The position numbers and the translations under genes are program-made. A stretch of 63,859 bases of DNA, the filler included, from Reticulomyxa filosa (taxonomy: Eukaryota > Protista > Foraminifera), in assembly GCA_000512085.1 (NCBI GenBank). It is 18 parts of 18 records of this genome, joined end to end, with 100 filler letters (N's around TTAATTAATTAA, not from the genome) between each part and the next. Parts side by side here need not be neighbours in the genome. Positions count along the whole stretch, not along the records: positions 1 to 7,093 come from ASPP01005293.1; positions 7,194 to 15,338 come from ASPP01008674.1; 16 more parts are not named here. One strand, 5' to 3'. Each line of letters opens with the position of its first letter. Within the stretch, counting starts at the first letter, position 1. Shown in pieces: positions 1 to 13,060 of the stretch. The notes below the pieces were generated by a model. That model had not been told where the DNA came from, searched no databases, and was given only the letters and a program-made list of their open reading frames with translations.

Positions 1-64
1 TAATGTTATATATAAAATATACATTATATATTTCATTTGAAAGGAAAGTAAACACAGCGAGGCA

Positions 65-1152
65 TTGCTGCAATTGGATCCGCAAAATATTCGAGTGTCA
101 CCCAACCCCAAAGACTGGAAATGTGCAGCATGCGGTGCGAATACGAACTTGTGGCTGAATTTGTCGGATGCATACATTGGGTGTGGACGTCGACAGCCGG
201 ACGGGTCAGGCGGATGTGGCGCAGCGTCGCAACACTACGACGCCACAAACCGGATCTATCCGCTGTCAGTGAAGCTGGGCACCATCACCCCCGATGGCGC
301 TGATGTGTACAGCTACGATGAGGATGACATGGTGAAGGATTCCTTCTTGGCCGCTCATTTATCTCATTGGGGTATCAACATCATGTCGCTCAAAAAAACG
401 GAAAAAACCATGGAAGAATTGGAAATTGACATTAACAAAAACTTTGTCTTTGGCATGATTACTGAAGATGGTCGTTCTTTAGTTAAACCCCCTTTTTTTT
501 TTTTTTTTTTCAAAAAAAAAAAAAAAAACATTGGAATTAATCATATTTCAAACTTTTTATTTTTAATATTATTATTATCAAAAATAAAGGAAAAAGTAAC
601 TGGAGCTTCGTTCATCGGATTGGACAATTTAGGAAATAGCTGCTATGTCAATTCGCTGTTGCAAACAGTGTTCAGCATTCCTGAAATAAAAAAGAAGTTA
701 GCCTTATATAATACATACACATTACATAGCCTATAATGTTAACAAGAACAAGTTGAACTGTTTGATCTGTGCATGCGAATTGGAAATGAAGATACTTGAA
801 TAGCGCAGATGCAATACTGGATAGTGCGCCCGAAAACCCTGCCTCAGATTTGGTCACGCAGGCGGCGAAGTTGGCGGTCGGATTGCTGACGGATCGATAC
901 TCGTCACAAACGGAATTCAGCGACCGTGTCGAGCGGGAACGCTTGGAGAAACTGATCGAACACAGCAAGACACAACACAAGTCGATTGTGGTGGAAGAAA
1001 GCGACGAAAAAGAAAAAGGCGTCAAAAATACCGCGCTGAAGCCACGAATGTGGAAACGACTTGTCGGCCAAGGACATGCCGACTTTTCAACCAATCATCA
1101 ACAGATGCAGCTGATTATATGCGGTTTGTTTTATTGTAATAATAATAATAAT

Positions 1153-1192
<40 letters not shown>

Positions 1193-2619
1193 TAATAATT
1201 AATAATAATGATATCTTTTGTATTCTATTTTTTATAATTTTCTCTGTTTGTGCAGACACATGTTCGAGTTGATAAGTCGTCGCGAACGAGTATCAACACG
1301 CATTGACAAGTCCATTCCGTCGTTGCCAGCATTGTTCCGATTTGAAGAAGAGGAGAGATTGGAGTGCTCCACTTCGAGACAAGTCCGTTACTCCACTTCC
1401 GAGCATCTAGCATTGCGCTTGGACATTTACATAGCCGATGCCATCAACAAAAAAGAAGTGGCCGAATATGAGGTTTCAAACACAAACAAATAAACAAAAA
1501 AAGAGGCAATCGACAATTTATTTGCTTTTTTTTTTGAAAAAATAAATAAAAAAATTTAAAAAAAAAGGCAAGGGTTCAAAGCGTGAAAAAGAAAAAGAAA
1601 AGGAAAAAGATAAGGAAAAAGATAAGGAAAAAGATAAAGAAAAAGAAAAGGAAGAAAAAATTCCACAAAGCGAAGAGGCCAAAGTGTTACCAGTGATTCC
1701 ATTTGAAAGTTGTTTGCGTCATTACTTGGCAGGTTCGACAGTGGAGGACTGGCTCTCCCCTGCCACTGGTGTTCGCGGTGAGGCCATCAAATCTCACCGA
1801 ATTGCAACGTTTCCAAAATACTTGGCGATCCAAATCTGTAGATATTACTTTAATGACAAGTGGCTGCCCGAAAAGTACGACGTAGAGGTCCCGATTCCCG
1901 AAGAAATCGATATCGAATTTATGCGTGCCAAAGGGCCACAGTCAACGGAGACGTTGTTGCCTTCGGAAAATTCGAAGAAGGAAGTGTCCAGTCCACAACC
2001 CGATGTCACCGTTGTGGCGACCTTGTTGTCCATGGAGATGGGGTTCACTGAAAATGCGTGCAAACGTGCTGCGTTGGCAGTGTCCAATGCTGGTGCGGAG
2101 GCCGCCGCAGGCTGGTTGTTTGAGCACCTTGGCGATGAAAACATCAACGATCCGTTGCCAAATCCTTCCTCCCAAAAAGATGACTCATCGAATAAAAGTG
2201 GTGGCGGCCTTGTGCTGAATGAGTCGGTGGTAGCTGCTCTGAGCGAAAGCTTAGGATTTGAACGTCAGTATGTGGAGGTGGCTCTTCGACATACCAACGG
2301 AGATACTGATCGAGCCGCTGATTGGCTGTTCTCACACATGGACAACTTGCAAGAAAGTGTTTCTGCGATGAAAGCAGAACAAGACGCTGCCAAAGTAACA
2401 AGTGAAAGCAAAGCCAAGTGCACTGATGGAGCTGGAAAGTATCGAATGTTTGCCATCATCTCTCATTTGGGAAAAGCGACGTCCCATGGCCATTACGTGG
2501 CTCATGTTAAAAAAGGCAAGCAATGGTATATCTTTAATGATGGCTATGTTGCCAAATCACAAGATCCACCATTTAAATATGGATACTTGTATTTCTTTGA
2601 AAGAGTAGAAGAATCCTAA
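65..2619 (+). CDS. USP5: Ubiquitin C-terminal hydrolase, USP5/USP13/Ubp14 (isopeptidase T) family; multi-exon, 5'-partial
   Basis: ZnF-UBP (CAACGANTNLWLNLSDAYIGCGRRQ...YPLSVKLGTIT), Cys box GLDNLGNSCYVNS, two UBA domains (MGFTENACKRA; LGFERQYVEVAL...RAADWLFSH), His box SHLGKATSHGHYVAH...FND. Introns ~482-589, 698-790, 1124-1255, 1473-1572. One apparent 1-nt deletion at ~1102 in the QQDA motif. Confidence 0.93.
1138..1209 (+). repeat. (AAT)n microsatellite inside a USP5 intron
   Basis: Long imperfect AAT tandem run. Confidence 0.9.
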
Positions 2620-3163
2620 ACTTTTACTTGAAATACAAACGTCTTGTTGTGTTTGACCTGGTGATTCCACTGTGCACTAATTTCTTTTGAAGCTTGTTTG
2701 CTCTTGTTTTCCGTCCTTTTGTGTCTTCTACACAAATGGAATTACTTTGCCCATATTACATTTGTGAGCAAAAAAAATATTGACACACGGTGCACTCTTA
2801 ATATAACCACCAATTAATGCAAACATTTTTTTTGAACAAAAATTCATATGAACGCAGACACCCTTATTCCATTATTATACACAGTGTTTAATTTGCGTTC
2901 GTAAGCTTCATCATTGTTTTAGTATTTTAATTTTGTGAGTCCGCTTTCACCAACTTTGAAAATTTTCAAGTACACAAGCTGAGTATTTACAGATTGTGAT
3001 ACAAACCAAAATTCTAAATGTGTAAAGTAATCTTGCAAACGATAAACGAGAAAAGAAATAGATATGCTTACTCTTAATGGGAATGGGATTGTATTATGAT
3101 CTTTTTGGGACATGAGTTTACTGATGAGATTATTCAACGTGACTACTCTTCAATTTCACAAGA

Positions 3164-4073
3164 ATGGCAAGCGTGAACATAGAAAACAAAACTCGAAGCT
3201 TTTTTGACTTGCCTTTGAAAAAAACAGCACCAAATTTCGATGATCTAAAACCATATCTGGATCCAAAACCGAATATCGCAACAAATGCGGCATTCATTAA
3301 GTCTTGTTTTGTTTATTTAAACTCAGCTTTTTTTTTAGTAAACAAATGACGGAAACAGAAAATCTCCACCAGAGCTAAACCGATTTAAGAAAACTCCTCA
3401 GTTGATCTCTTATACACTTCTTTTAAATTACAGAAACGAGTTCCTTTGTGAACTTAACAAGCAAATAACTTTTAAAACATATTGATGTCTTATGTACAGA
3501 GTTATAATGACCAATGACGATAATTTTTCAATTGACCCAAGTTGTATATCTATGCCATTGAAACAGACAAAAACCATGGGGAAGCAAAAATTGGAAGATG
3601 ATGGCATTGACGCAGCATTAAACGTCGGTATCACTGAGAAAGAACGAAAACTAGTAAAACGCTACCATACAAATAATCAATTTCAAGACTGGGACCACTT
3701 GCAGCTGCTTTCTCCCAAGAAAAAAAGACTGTTACACAAATTGGATGTGTTGCGTTCAAAAACGGAAAAACTGTCAAAAAGACAGGCTGATTGGGAATTC
3801 AAACAATTGTGGCTTGTCCGTCATACTCACAAACACGGAATAATTGGAATGGATACTCCGCTGTATCAACATAAAGAAATGTCACATATTTTTTGTGATG
3901 AAATTGAAAAAAAAAACGATAAATGTAAGCTCAAATCAATCGCCGCTGAGTTAAGAAAACAAACATTAAGTGAAAAGACCAGCGTAAATTCTGGGATCTT
4001 GTACCATCTTCCTCACATGGCACAATGCTCTAATATTCACACAAATTTCCAATCTGGTTCGGCTAAGAACTAG
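3164..4073 (+). CDS. Hypothetical protein, probably spliced
   Basis: ORFs 3164-3349 and 3492-4073 separated by intron-like sequence. No family recognised. Confidence 0.45.
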
Positions 4074-4403
4074 ACTTTTGAAAAACACAATTTAATTAAT
4101 TCGCTGAGAGTGTAGATATCAATAAAAAATTTTTAAAAAAAAGGAAGAGACGCACTTTAGGAATCTTTTTATTAATAAATGTAAAACAACACAAAAAAAG
4201 GATAATGTTTGTACTAATAAAAGATTTTTGGTAGAACAAGTTCCAATTAAAAATGTTACAAATGATTGAAAAATAAATCTTCTAGTTCGTAGTTTAGGAC
4301 TTTTATTTTTCTTTGTGTTTTGTTTTAACTCATTCCTTGAGCAAGCTTAAAAGATATTGATTGAAAGTAGACATATATATAAATTTTTGTTGTTGAGCAT
4401 TGA

Positions 4404-5761
4404 TTACAACTCCGGCTTTTTCTCTCCATTGTAAAGATAAGATCTCCAGAAAGAGTAATTGGAGGCCATCCATATTTTGTTTCCTCCAGTTACAATATCA
4501 TTCAACATCACAGAATTAAACAATTTGACAGCTCCTTTCATCACTCCAGTTCTAATGTCAATTACATAACAAATAATAAACATTAAAAAGGCGTCCATAA
4601 AAAAAAATATATATACATCATTAAATATAGCAAAACTGTTCATTGACAATGCAAATACGTCCCCCCGGACATGTGACAAGCAGAAAACCGTGGACGGAGG
4701 TTAGGCCTCGAACGCATCCAGGACTCCCTTTAATGGCAGATGCGCTCCATTGTAAGTGTTGCAAGTCCCAGTGTGTTACAAAAGTCCACTTGTGGTCTTT
4801 GTCCACGTCGAAGACAAAGACCGAGTAGTCGCCCTCGACACAGTTGCTCACAAACACGCGCTTTGCATTCGAGCTCGAAAATGCCACCTTCATTGGATGC
4901 GTGACCACATCAGTCACTAACTCGACTGTCGCTTTCGTGTCTTTGTCCAGCTTCACACGATACACACGTGACGTAGATGGGTCGGTGAAATATAGATACT
5001 GATTCCAAGGATCCAAGGTTAAATGATAGGGAGAGCCCAACGCTTGTCCATTGAAATTGTCTGCAACCACTGTTTTCTGTCCCAATTTATTCGCATGTAT
5101 ACACAAAATTACGCAAACAACACATATCGCAAAAAAAAAAAAAATTAAACTTTCCCCGTTTTTCAAATTGAGACGTGTGATTTGCTTTGATGAGGGCTCA
5201 CTTAAATACACCGAATGACTTTCTTTGGTATCAACGGCAATACCATTCGGACCAGGGCGTTTCAAACCATTGTGTGTCGTTGTCGTGATTGTTTGGGTGT
5301 CATTGAAGTCGTATTCGATATCAAGCCCTTTTGTTTTTTTTGAAAAAAAAGGATTTTAAAAATTTTTTTTTTTTTTTTGCACCCTTTTTCACTTTTTCGC
5401 TCTTTCGCTTTTTTTTTTTTTTTTTTAAAGTACCAGCCCAAGTGTGGTATGAAAAAATTTTAGGATGAACGGAATCAACGAGATAGATTCTTTGTTGCTG
5501 TTCATCCCAAGCAAGCTGTTCGACTTCGCCAAAATGTGCACCCATTTGTTGCAACCACGTCGCTGGAAAGTAACTGCTGCCAAATACTGAGTCAATGACC
5601 TCGTCGCTTCCTTCTCTGCGCAGCGATCCGCGGTCGATCAAACGGTAATCTCGAAAGTACGGGTTGACGCGCCACATTCGTCTCAATGGTGGACCCCACG
5701 TATACGAATACACAATTATGCATAAAAATATACACACTACGATCCACCGAGATGTTGTCAT
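4404..5761 (-). CDS. SMP-30/gluconolactonase-like beta-propeller with N-terminal membrane anchor; multi-exon
   Basis: Hydrophobic N-terminus (WIVVCIFLCIIVY), PGPNGIAVD, VVADNFNGQALGSPYHL (cf. ADxYxGKxxNSPNDL), LYFTDP. Homopolymer-rich introns. Confidence 0.7.
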
Positions 5762-6584
5762 TGCTATTTTTATTCGGTTAGTATTTGTTTTTTTGTTTAT
5801 TTGTTTGTTTTATCTCTTCCCACTTTTATTGTCGCTTCCTAAAATGCTACTTCTGTCCTCATGCATTTGTCATTTTGCAACTCGACCTTCGTTTTATGAT
5901 AAGCCAGCTTTTTTTTGTTTGACGAAACAAAAAACAATTTTATGTCTCACCGCCAAAAATTTTTTGTTTTTTCTTGGCTTTTGGGATTTCTGAGAGATTT
6001 GCTTGTGATGCCATATTTTTTTTTTGCAATAGTTTTGAGATAATTATAATGTGCCAAATGATTTTTTTTTTTGAAAACGACCCAAGAACCACAACACAAA
6101 CAGTTTCTGCGAACATTGTTTATCTTTAACCATTAATTTTCTGGGAAAGCAGCTATTCGCTTGCTATTGAAGAATAATTAGTAACAATTTGCTTATCACT
6201 GTAAAATGTGCGTTTTCTATACTTGTGCTGGCACTACAGTTTAGTTTTCAATTTTTTGAGTAATTGTGCTTTTCAAACAAATAAACTCTTGACACGCTTT
6301 GTCTCTGTTGGAGGGGTTTATGGCTGACGACAAAAAATACTTGAATATTAAAAAAATTATCAACAATGCCAGCTTTAAGTGGAAAAGTTTTTAATCAATT
6401 TCTTGTGATTTTAAGGTCTTTGAAAATGTTGGTTACAATTTTGGCAACACTTGGAGAGAAATCACAAAGGACAGTGTACTGAAACGTTGGCAAAAAGAAT
6501 GGAAGATGAAATGAGAGTGTTAATTTAATATGAAAATGTAAAACATTAAAAGAAGCTTGGAGAGCACAAAAGCCAAGTTTGGTT

Positions 6585-7045
6585 TCAGCCATGAAACGCG
6601 ACATCTTTTCTCTTAGCCTCCAATTGATTGTCATGGCTAGCAAAGCCAGTTCCTCCGGACTTTAACACGATGACATCCTTTTTGCGGCAAACTTCGTCGC
6701 ACACACAACACGTCTTTGTCTGCGCCCAACGAAGATTAGGCGTGAGCAGAACACAACACATATGAAAAAAAAACGAGGATTATTTATTGCGTTGAAAAGT
6801 GAAGATACAAAAGTCGACTCCAAAGAAACAAAGCAAAAAAAAAAAAAGAAAGACAGCAACATAACAGTAGCGACGAATTTGTTAACACAGGACAGACACA
6901 GAATGTGTCCACATTGTTTGAGACATGCGATCTTGATGACATCATTCAGCTCGCCACGGCAAGAAGGACACATAAACTTCGCATCATTCACAGTTTTATT
7001 GTTGTCCTTTGGTGTCGGTGAAAATATGCATTGCGACAATTGTTT
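6585..7045 (-). CDS. NOSIP: Nitric oxide synthase-interacting protein (RING/U-box), 3' exons
   Basis: FMCPSCRGELND...LKQCGHILCLSCVNKFV, then after an intron CCVCDEVCRKKDVIVLKSGGTGFASHDNQLEAK, matching the NOSIP C-terminal GGTGFA motif. Stop at 6585-6587. Confidence 0.88.
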
Positions 7046-7093
7046 TACCCTTTTTTTTTTTTTTTTTTTTTTTTTGGGGGGGGGGTTTTTTTT

Positions 7094-7193
7094 NNNNNNN
7101 NNNNNNNNNNNNNNNNNNNNNNNNNNNNNNNNNNNNNTTAATTAATTAANNNNNNNNNNNNNNNNNNNNNNNNNNNNNNNNNNNNNNNNNNNN
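7094..7193. other. Artificial contig spacer (N44-TTAATTAATTAA-N44), first of 17
   Basis: Identical 100-nt spacers start at 7094, 15339, 18417, 21075, 22417, 30497, 32779, 34172, 35350, 36491, 42291, 43711, 52214, 54940, 56137, 59252 and 62252. TTAATTAATTAA gives stops in all six frames. Confidence 0.99.
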
Positions 7194-8285
7194 AAAAAAA
7201 AAAAAAAAGTTTAATACTGCAAAAAAAAAAAAAACAAAAAAACAATCGAACATTCTTTTTTTTTTTTCTTCTTGTTGTTGCTCTCTTCACACATACACAT
7301 ACGCAGAAACACTACAAGTTGCAGCAGAAGCTCTCCGACAAGGAGCGCTGCCTGTGACACAAGAGCTGCCTGTTGATAGTGTGCTGCAAAAACGATAATT
7401 AAAAGTGGCTTTTATATATTTATTTTTATATACGTAATACATGTATACGTGCATTAAATTTGTTTGTTTCAAATGCGTTCGTGCTTACTTACACGATCGC
7501 TATGAATTCCCGAGGCCAGTTACTCCACGGGATGTATGAATTTGCTTTTGGTTTCAAGTTAAGACAAGACACGAAACAAAAAGCACAACATATAACAATT
7601 AATCATAAGTAGTTGAAAGGGATATAAGTTATGTTATTTGTGTTGCAGGGATGTAGTTCATCGAATATTGAAACTCATCAATGAAATAGTACCTCGAAAT
7701 ATACTGTACATTCATGTTTCTTCTTAGAATTTGCATACGATCAAGTTTATAAATTACAAAAATTTTTTACTTAATTTTAAATAGTTATCACTAATCATAA
7801 CAACATTGTTTGTGATATATAAGCAATGATCAACATCATTCTTTCGCTTCGAGACACTTTCTTACATAATGTTTCATCATTACGTATACTAATAATTTTC
7901 TATTTTTCAGTACTGGCTATTTTCCGGACAAACAATGTAAAGCTATGAAATAAAAATATTTGTTTGCAACATTTTTAATACAACCGGACAAAAACAAAAT
8001 TTAAAGTAGTTGATGAAAAAATGTTCTAGCTATTGCTCAAGTAAAACAGAATTAACATAATTGCTCGATCATTTTTATTTCAATCATCCCAAATTTAATT
8101 TACTTGTTTTTCTCAAAAATTAAATCAAAATGTTGCACTGTTTTTCCAAATATTGATAGACATAGGTACAGTAATGGAGATTTTGTTGAAATTAGTAAAT
8201 TTTACATTGACTTATACAAATTTTATCCTTGTCAAAACAAGCATATGATTTGTTTTTGGGCAAAGGGGACTGTACAAGGCTAAGC

Positions 8286-9225
8286 ATGGGCAATATCTTT
8301 TCCAAAAAAGCCGAAAAAGGCCCATGGCATGATAGGGAGGAAAGGAGAAAAACAACTTTTCCTTTAAAATTGCAAAATTGGTCAACAGGTTGGGATTTCA
8401 CGGACGAACATAAAGCGGCAGTGAATGAAGCGTTTTCCCGTTACAATCTGCAAGATGTGCTGAAACTATTTTTCTCAATACTTGGAGAGTGCAACGATTT
8501 TCGGGCATATTATCGCCTGACGTATCCAAATCTTTGTGATATTAATGATGACAACACACTTTCAACGAATTACGATATACCTTCTTGGATCAAGTCACAG
8601 CAATGCATAAAATATATACGTACATAAGAGATCTGTTCTATATATGTCGGAAATGACTGAAGCAAATTACGTATACATATATATGTACATATGATTGAAT
8701 AGAGACAAGGACATGAATATATTAATGCTGGGACATGACAAGTCCGGCAAAACAAGTCTCGTGATTCGATTGATTGCAAATCTTTTTTTGGAAGACTATG
8801 ATTCAGCAGTTGAAGAATCATATAAAAAAAAAATACGATTAAATGATGAACAGAGTTGTTTTCTTCACATTTTGGATACTCCTGGAGCGGAGGAATTTTC
8901 TACTATGCACAAACAATGGGTTTTTTCAAGTGATTGTGTGATCATTGCATATGATGCAAGTGGACCATATCCTCCGGAACAGGCAATTCAGCCTTATCTC
9001 TCAATTATTCGCCGTACTAACGACAATGTCACAACAATTGTTGCAGGGACTAAAACTGATTTGAGACATAACTTCTCAAAATATAAACACAATTTGGATG
9101 TTGTTGTTGATTTTTGTAAGCGAAATTGCCTTTGTTATATTGAAACCTCAGCCAAAGATAATATTAATATACAATTTTTATTTCAATTTGTTGTTTACAA
9201 TTGGTGTCTCGATTCGCGGGGTTGA
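8286..9225 (+). CDS. Atypical Ras-family small GTPase with N-terminal extension (2 exons)
   Basis: G1 GHDKSGKTS, switch I YDSAVEESY, G3 DTPGAEEF, G4 TKTD, G5 ETSAK. Intron ~8620-8704 joins an MGNIFSKK N-terminal exon in frame. No CAAX. Confidence 0.85.
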
Positions 9226-9553
9226 CTCCCTTTTGTCCAAAAAAAACAACAACTGTTAAACACTCAAAAGAAATCCGTTTAAAGTTCAAATGTTACTTGT
9301 GGCATTATTTATTAACCTTTTATCAAATAATCATATTTTTTTTTTTAGGTGTTATTTTATTGACTTAGTACTTTTTTAAAAAATTTCCAACATTGACAAC
9401 TTCTGAAAAGTCTTCTTTTTATTTTTTTATAAAATTAAAGTAGAATAAACTATCATTAAGCAGTGATTGTTTGAATTAAAAACATAGATTTTTTAATGAA
9501 AATATCTACTGTTAATGTTATCAAACAATAAAAAAAATTTACATTATTTGTAT

Positions 9554-11433
9554 TCATTCTCTCTTCTCTCCATCTTGTCCCCAAACATGAATAAGACCTT
9601 TAACTGAACCATAACATAAATTAGCATCAAACATGTCATGATTATTATTTTTGGATGATAAAAATTTAAAACATATTATTCCATTATCTTTTTTGTCATC
9701 GCCTTTGATTACATGTAATTGGTTTTTATTAGATCTAACATCCCAAAACCTAATGGTATTATCAATTGATCCAGAACATATTATATTATTATTATTTGGC
9801 AAATATTTAACAGACCATATTGATTTTAAATGTCCATTAAATAATTGAATTTGTTTATTATATCGAATATCCCATAAACGAATCGTTTTATCCATTGATC
9901 CAGATAATATCATGTCCTTTAATTCATGTGATCCATGTTTTATACTCATAATGCAATCTTGATGCCCTTCAAATAACATGGATTGTTTAGTGGTTTCAAT
10001 ATCCCATAAACGAATAGTTTTATCACGTGATCCAGAACAAATAGTGTACCCATTACCACCAATAGTACCAATATTACAAATATTAATATTGCTTTGTAAT
10101 GGTGAAAAATCTATACACCAAGCAATATCTCTATGGCCATTGAAGACATGTAATGATTTAGATTTTTCAATATCCCATAAATGGACATTATAATTATTTG
10201 ATCCAGAGCATAAATATCTACCATTATTAAATGGTGAAAATGTAATGTCATAAATGTAATTTTCATTTTTATTTTCATTTAATATTTGCAATTGTTGATT
10301 ATTTTTAATATCCCAAAAACGAATTGTATTATCATATGATGAAGAACAAATAACATCACCATTATTATTGTGACTGTGGTATGGTGAATATTTTACACAA
10401 ATGACAGAACCTAAATGCTTATGAAACATTTGTATTTGTTTACTTGTTTCTATATCCCATACACGAATTGTATTATCAGATGACCCAGAACAAATATATT
10501 TATCATTATTCAATGAATCAATACTATAAATAGTTCCATTATGTCCATTTAATGTTTTGAGTGATTTCATGCAATTTAATTTATTTTGATTTATTTCGTC
10601 ATGTTTTATTTGATTCTCTGTTATTTTATCATCTTTCTTTTTCTCATCTTGAAACTTTAATTGATCATTTTTAAACCTTAATTGATTTAATTTTAATTGA
10701 TCATTTTCTGATCTTAATTGATTTAATTCATCCTTTTTGTACAATATATGATATAAGTGCGTATATAAATAATATATATATATATAAATGTATAATAAAC
10801 ATACTTGATATTCTTTATTTTTTTCAATCAATTGTCTAAATTGAATATCTTGTTTTTCAATATAATTTAATAATAAATTGAAATGTTTATCCATTCCTGA
10901 TTGCAAATGTTTCTCAATATTAAAATTACATAAAATATCATTACAACCAAATCTTTTAAATTTACATTCTATAGGCTTCAAAGGACATGAGTTTTCTAAA
11001 TGATCTTTTATTTCTTCTATTTTTCCTTTAAATGTACAATCTTGTTTTGTTTCTGTTGTCATATTATTACCTTCTTTATTTCATTTTTAAATTGTCTTGG
11101 ACAAATTACTCTTAATTCGTTAATACAATTTCTCGCTGTTTGTCCTTTTATATAATTACAATTATTATGATCTCCAATAGGACATTTATTATTATTTTCA
11201 TTTAAATATTTTAATAAACATTGTTCACCAATTACAGATTCTTTATAATCTTTATGTTCATTACAAATTAATTCCATTGCATTATTTGCAATTTGTTTAC
11301 ATAATAAGCATTGAAAATTTTTTAAGGTGCTTGATTTAACGGAAAAGGATATCCAATCTTTGTTATAACATTTCTTAACAGGTAAGGTTTTTGAGTCTTT
11401 GAGATTGCTTTCTTCTATTTGTAACATTAACAT
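9554..11433 (-). CDS. RING-like/TRAF-type zinc finger + coiled coil + WD40-repeat protein (lineage-expanded family)
   Basis: CLLCKQIANNAMELIC...CLLKYL...CPIGDH; CPRQF...HLENSCPLKPIECKFKRFGC; about seven GH...WD repeats. In-frame intron ~10737-10804 and a 1-nt frameshift at ~11075. Confidence 0.88.
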
Positions 11434-11750
11434 CTTGTAGTTTTATTAAGTTTTTTTGAAAAAAAAGATTTTAGCAACTTTTTGGAGTGAAACTTTTTTA
11501 AAAACAGAGTAGTGTGTATCAAGTTTTCTTTCACTTTAATTTTTTTTTGTGATGTAAAGTTTGTTATGGCCAAACAACAAATATTATACTCTATTTGTTT
11601 TTTAAACTTTTTTTTGTTGAAAGATGGAATAAAGAATCAAAAACTACATGATTTATAAATATTTTTTAAAAATTTTGATTAAATGCTCCATGAAAAAAAC
11701 TTTATAAGATGCAGTTTCTTGTCTTTCTCCTATTTTTATAGTACTTACTA

Positions 11751-11942
11751 ATAAAATATAAAATACATGATATTATAGATACTGGTATTCCTCCTGAACA
11801 ACAGCGCTTAATTTTTGCGGGAAAGCAATTAGAAGACGGAAGAAAGTTAAGTGACTATAGTATTGCAAAGGAAAGCACTTTACATTTGGTCTTGCGTTTA
11901 CGAGGTGGATGTAATAATTTTTTTGATTTTGGCTCACTTTAA
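11751..11942 (+). pseudogene. Ubiquitin/ubiquitin-like domain remnant (C-terminal half)
   Basis: Manual translation: (IKYKIHDII)[54 protein letters not shown]. No intact N-terminal half upstream. Too short for the ORF track. Confidence 0.8.
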
Positions 11943-12849
11943 TTTGAAAATTCGTTACCATTATGACTATAATGTTATGTGATAAAATAATCATTTACCA
12001 CTTCTTTTTTTTCAAAATGATAATTTTCAAAGCGTGCAAACAAAAATTTAAAACGGTTTAAAAATTCTTCTGAAGAAGATTTGTTTGTATTAATAGTTAA
12101 TAAAAAAGTGTTGAGACTTACAAATAAAACACACATGTATTATTGCTTCGAAATATTGAAAAACATTGGGAAAAGAGAAACATGCTGAGTGAACAATTGT
12201 ATATTTTGTCGACCGAGATGATAGGAGATATTTGTCGGCAATATTTTTCAGATAATTCTTGTTGGATTTTCTTTGACTCTAGATTTTATAAATAAAAATA
12301 CTATAGTTTTTTTTTTGGATTACATTACATGTGCAAAATCTCTTCTTCATCAAAAAACGTTTTTATCCATTGAGGAATAAAATAAAAAAAAATTTGATTT
12401 GGAAGTAGTATAAAAAAAAATCTAAAAATCCGTCCATGCGTTTTTTATCGTTTTTTATAAAAAGAACCAGAAACACAGCAAAAACGACTCTATCATGCAA
12501 ATAAATTTTGTTGTGTACTTGGTTAAGTGTTGTGTTTTGTATCAATTTGGCAAAGTTTATATAATTTAGTTAAACGGATTTTTTTTTTTATTGACTGTTA
12601 ATATATTTCATTTTCATATTTTTTCTACTGTTCAAAGCTAATTTTTTATTTATTTATTTAAACTTTTCGCCAGAAAACCAAGTACATAGTCGGAAAAATT
12701 ATTTGACAACAAATAAGAAGAAATCGATTTTTAATCTCTTGAACTTTTGACATATTGGAGGAGTATCAATAAAAAAATGCAGTTGGTACGTATGTTTATC
12801 CTTTTTTTATTATATTATTGTACTTTACTTAATCATTTATTTACACTCA

Positions 12850-13060
12850 CCATAATGATGAAATTGAAAAGTGTAATTATCTTCATCATACTCAATTAAT
12901 AATCATTCTTCTCATTTTCTAACTTAGTGCAAAGCACATGTTAATGATACAATAACTTTTTTTGGACAAGAAAATATAAAAAACAAATTATCATTGCAAC
13001 CACCAATCATGGCACGTGCATCAGCATAATCGCCATCATGTCTGTTAAGGATAATGTCAT
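12850..13060 (-). pseudogene. Degenerate copy of the kelch-like family seen at 62936-63859
   Basis: DGDYADARAMIGGCNDNLFFI and LLIEYDEDNYTFQFHH match DDDYRGVRAVIGGVSNNLLFI and GLSIEYDEDNNTFQFHQ, with deletions and frame breaks. Confidence 0.75.
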
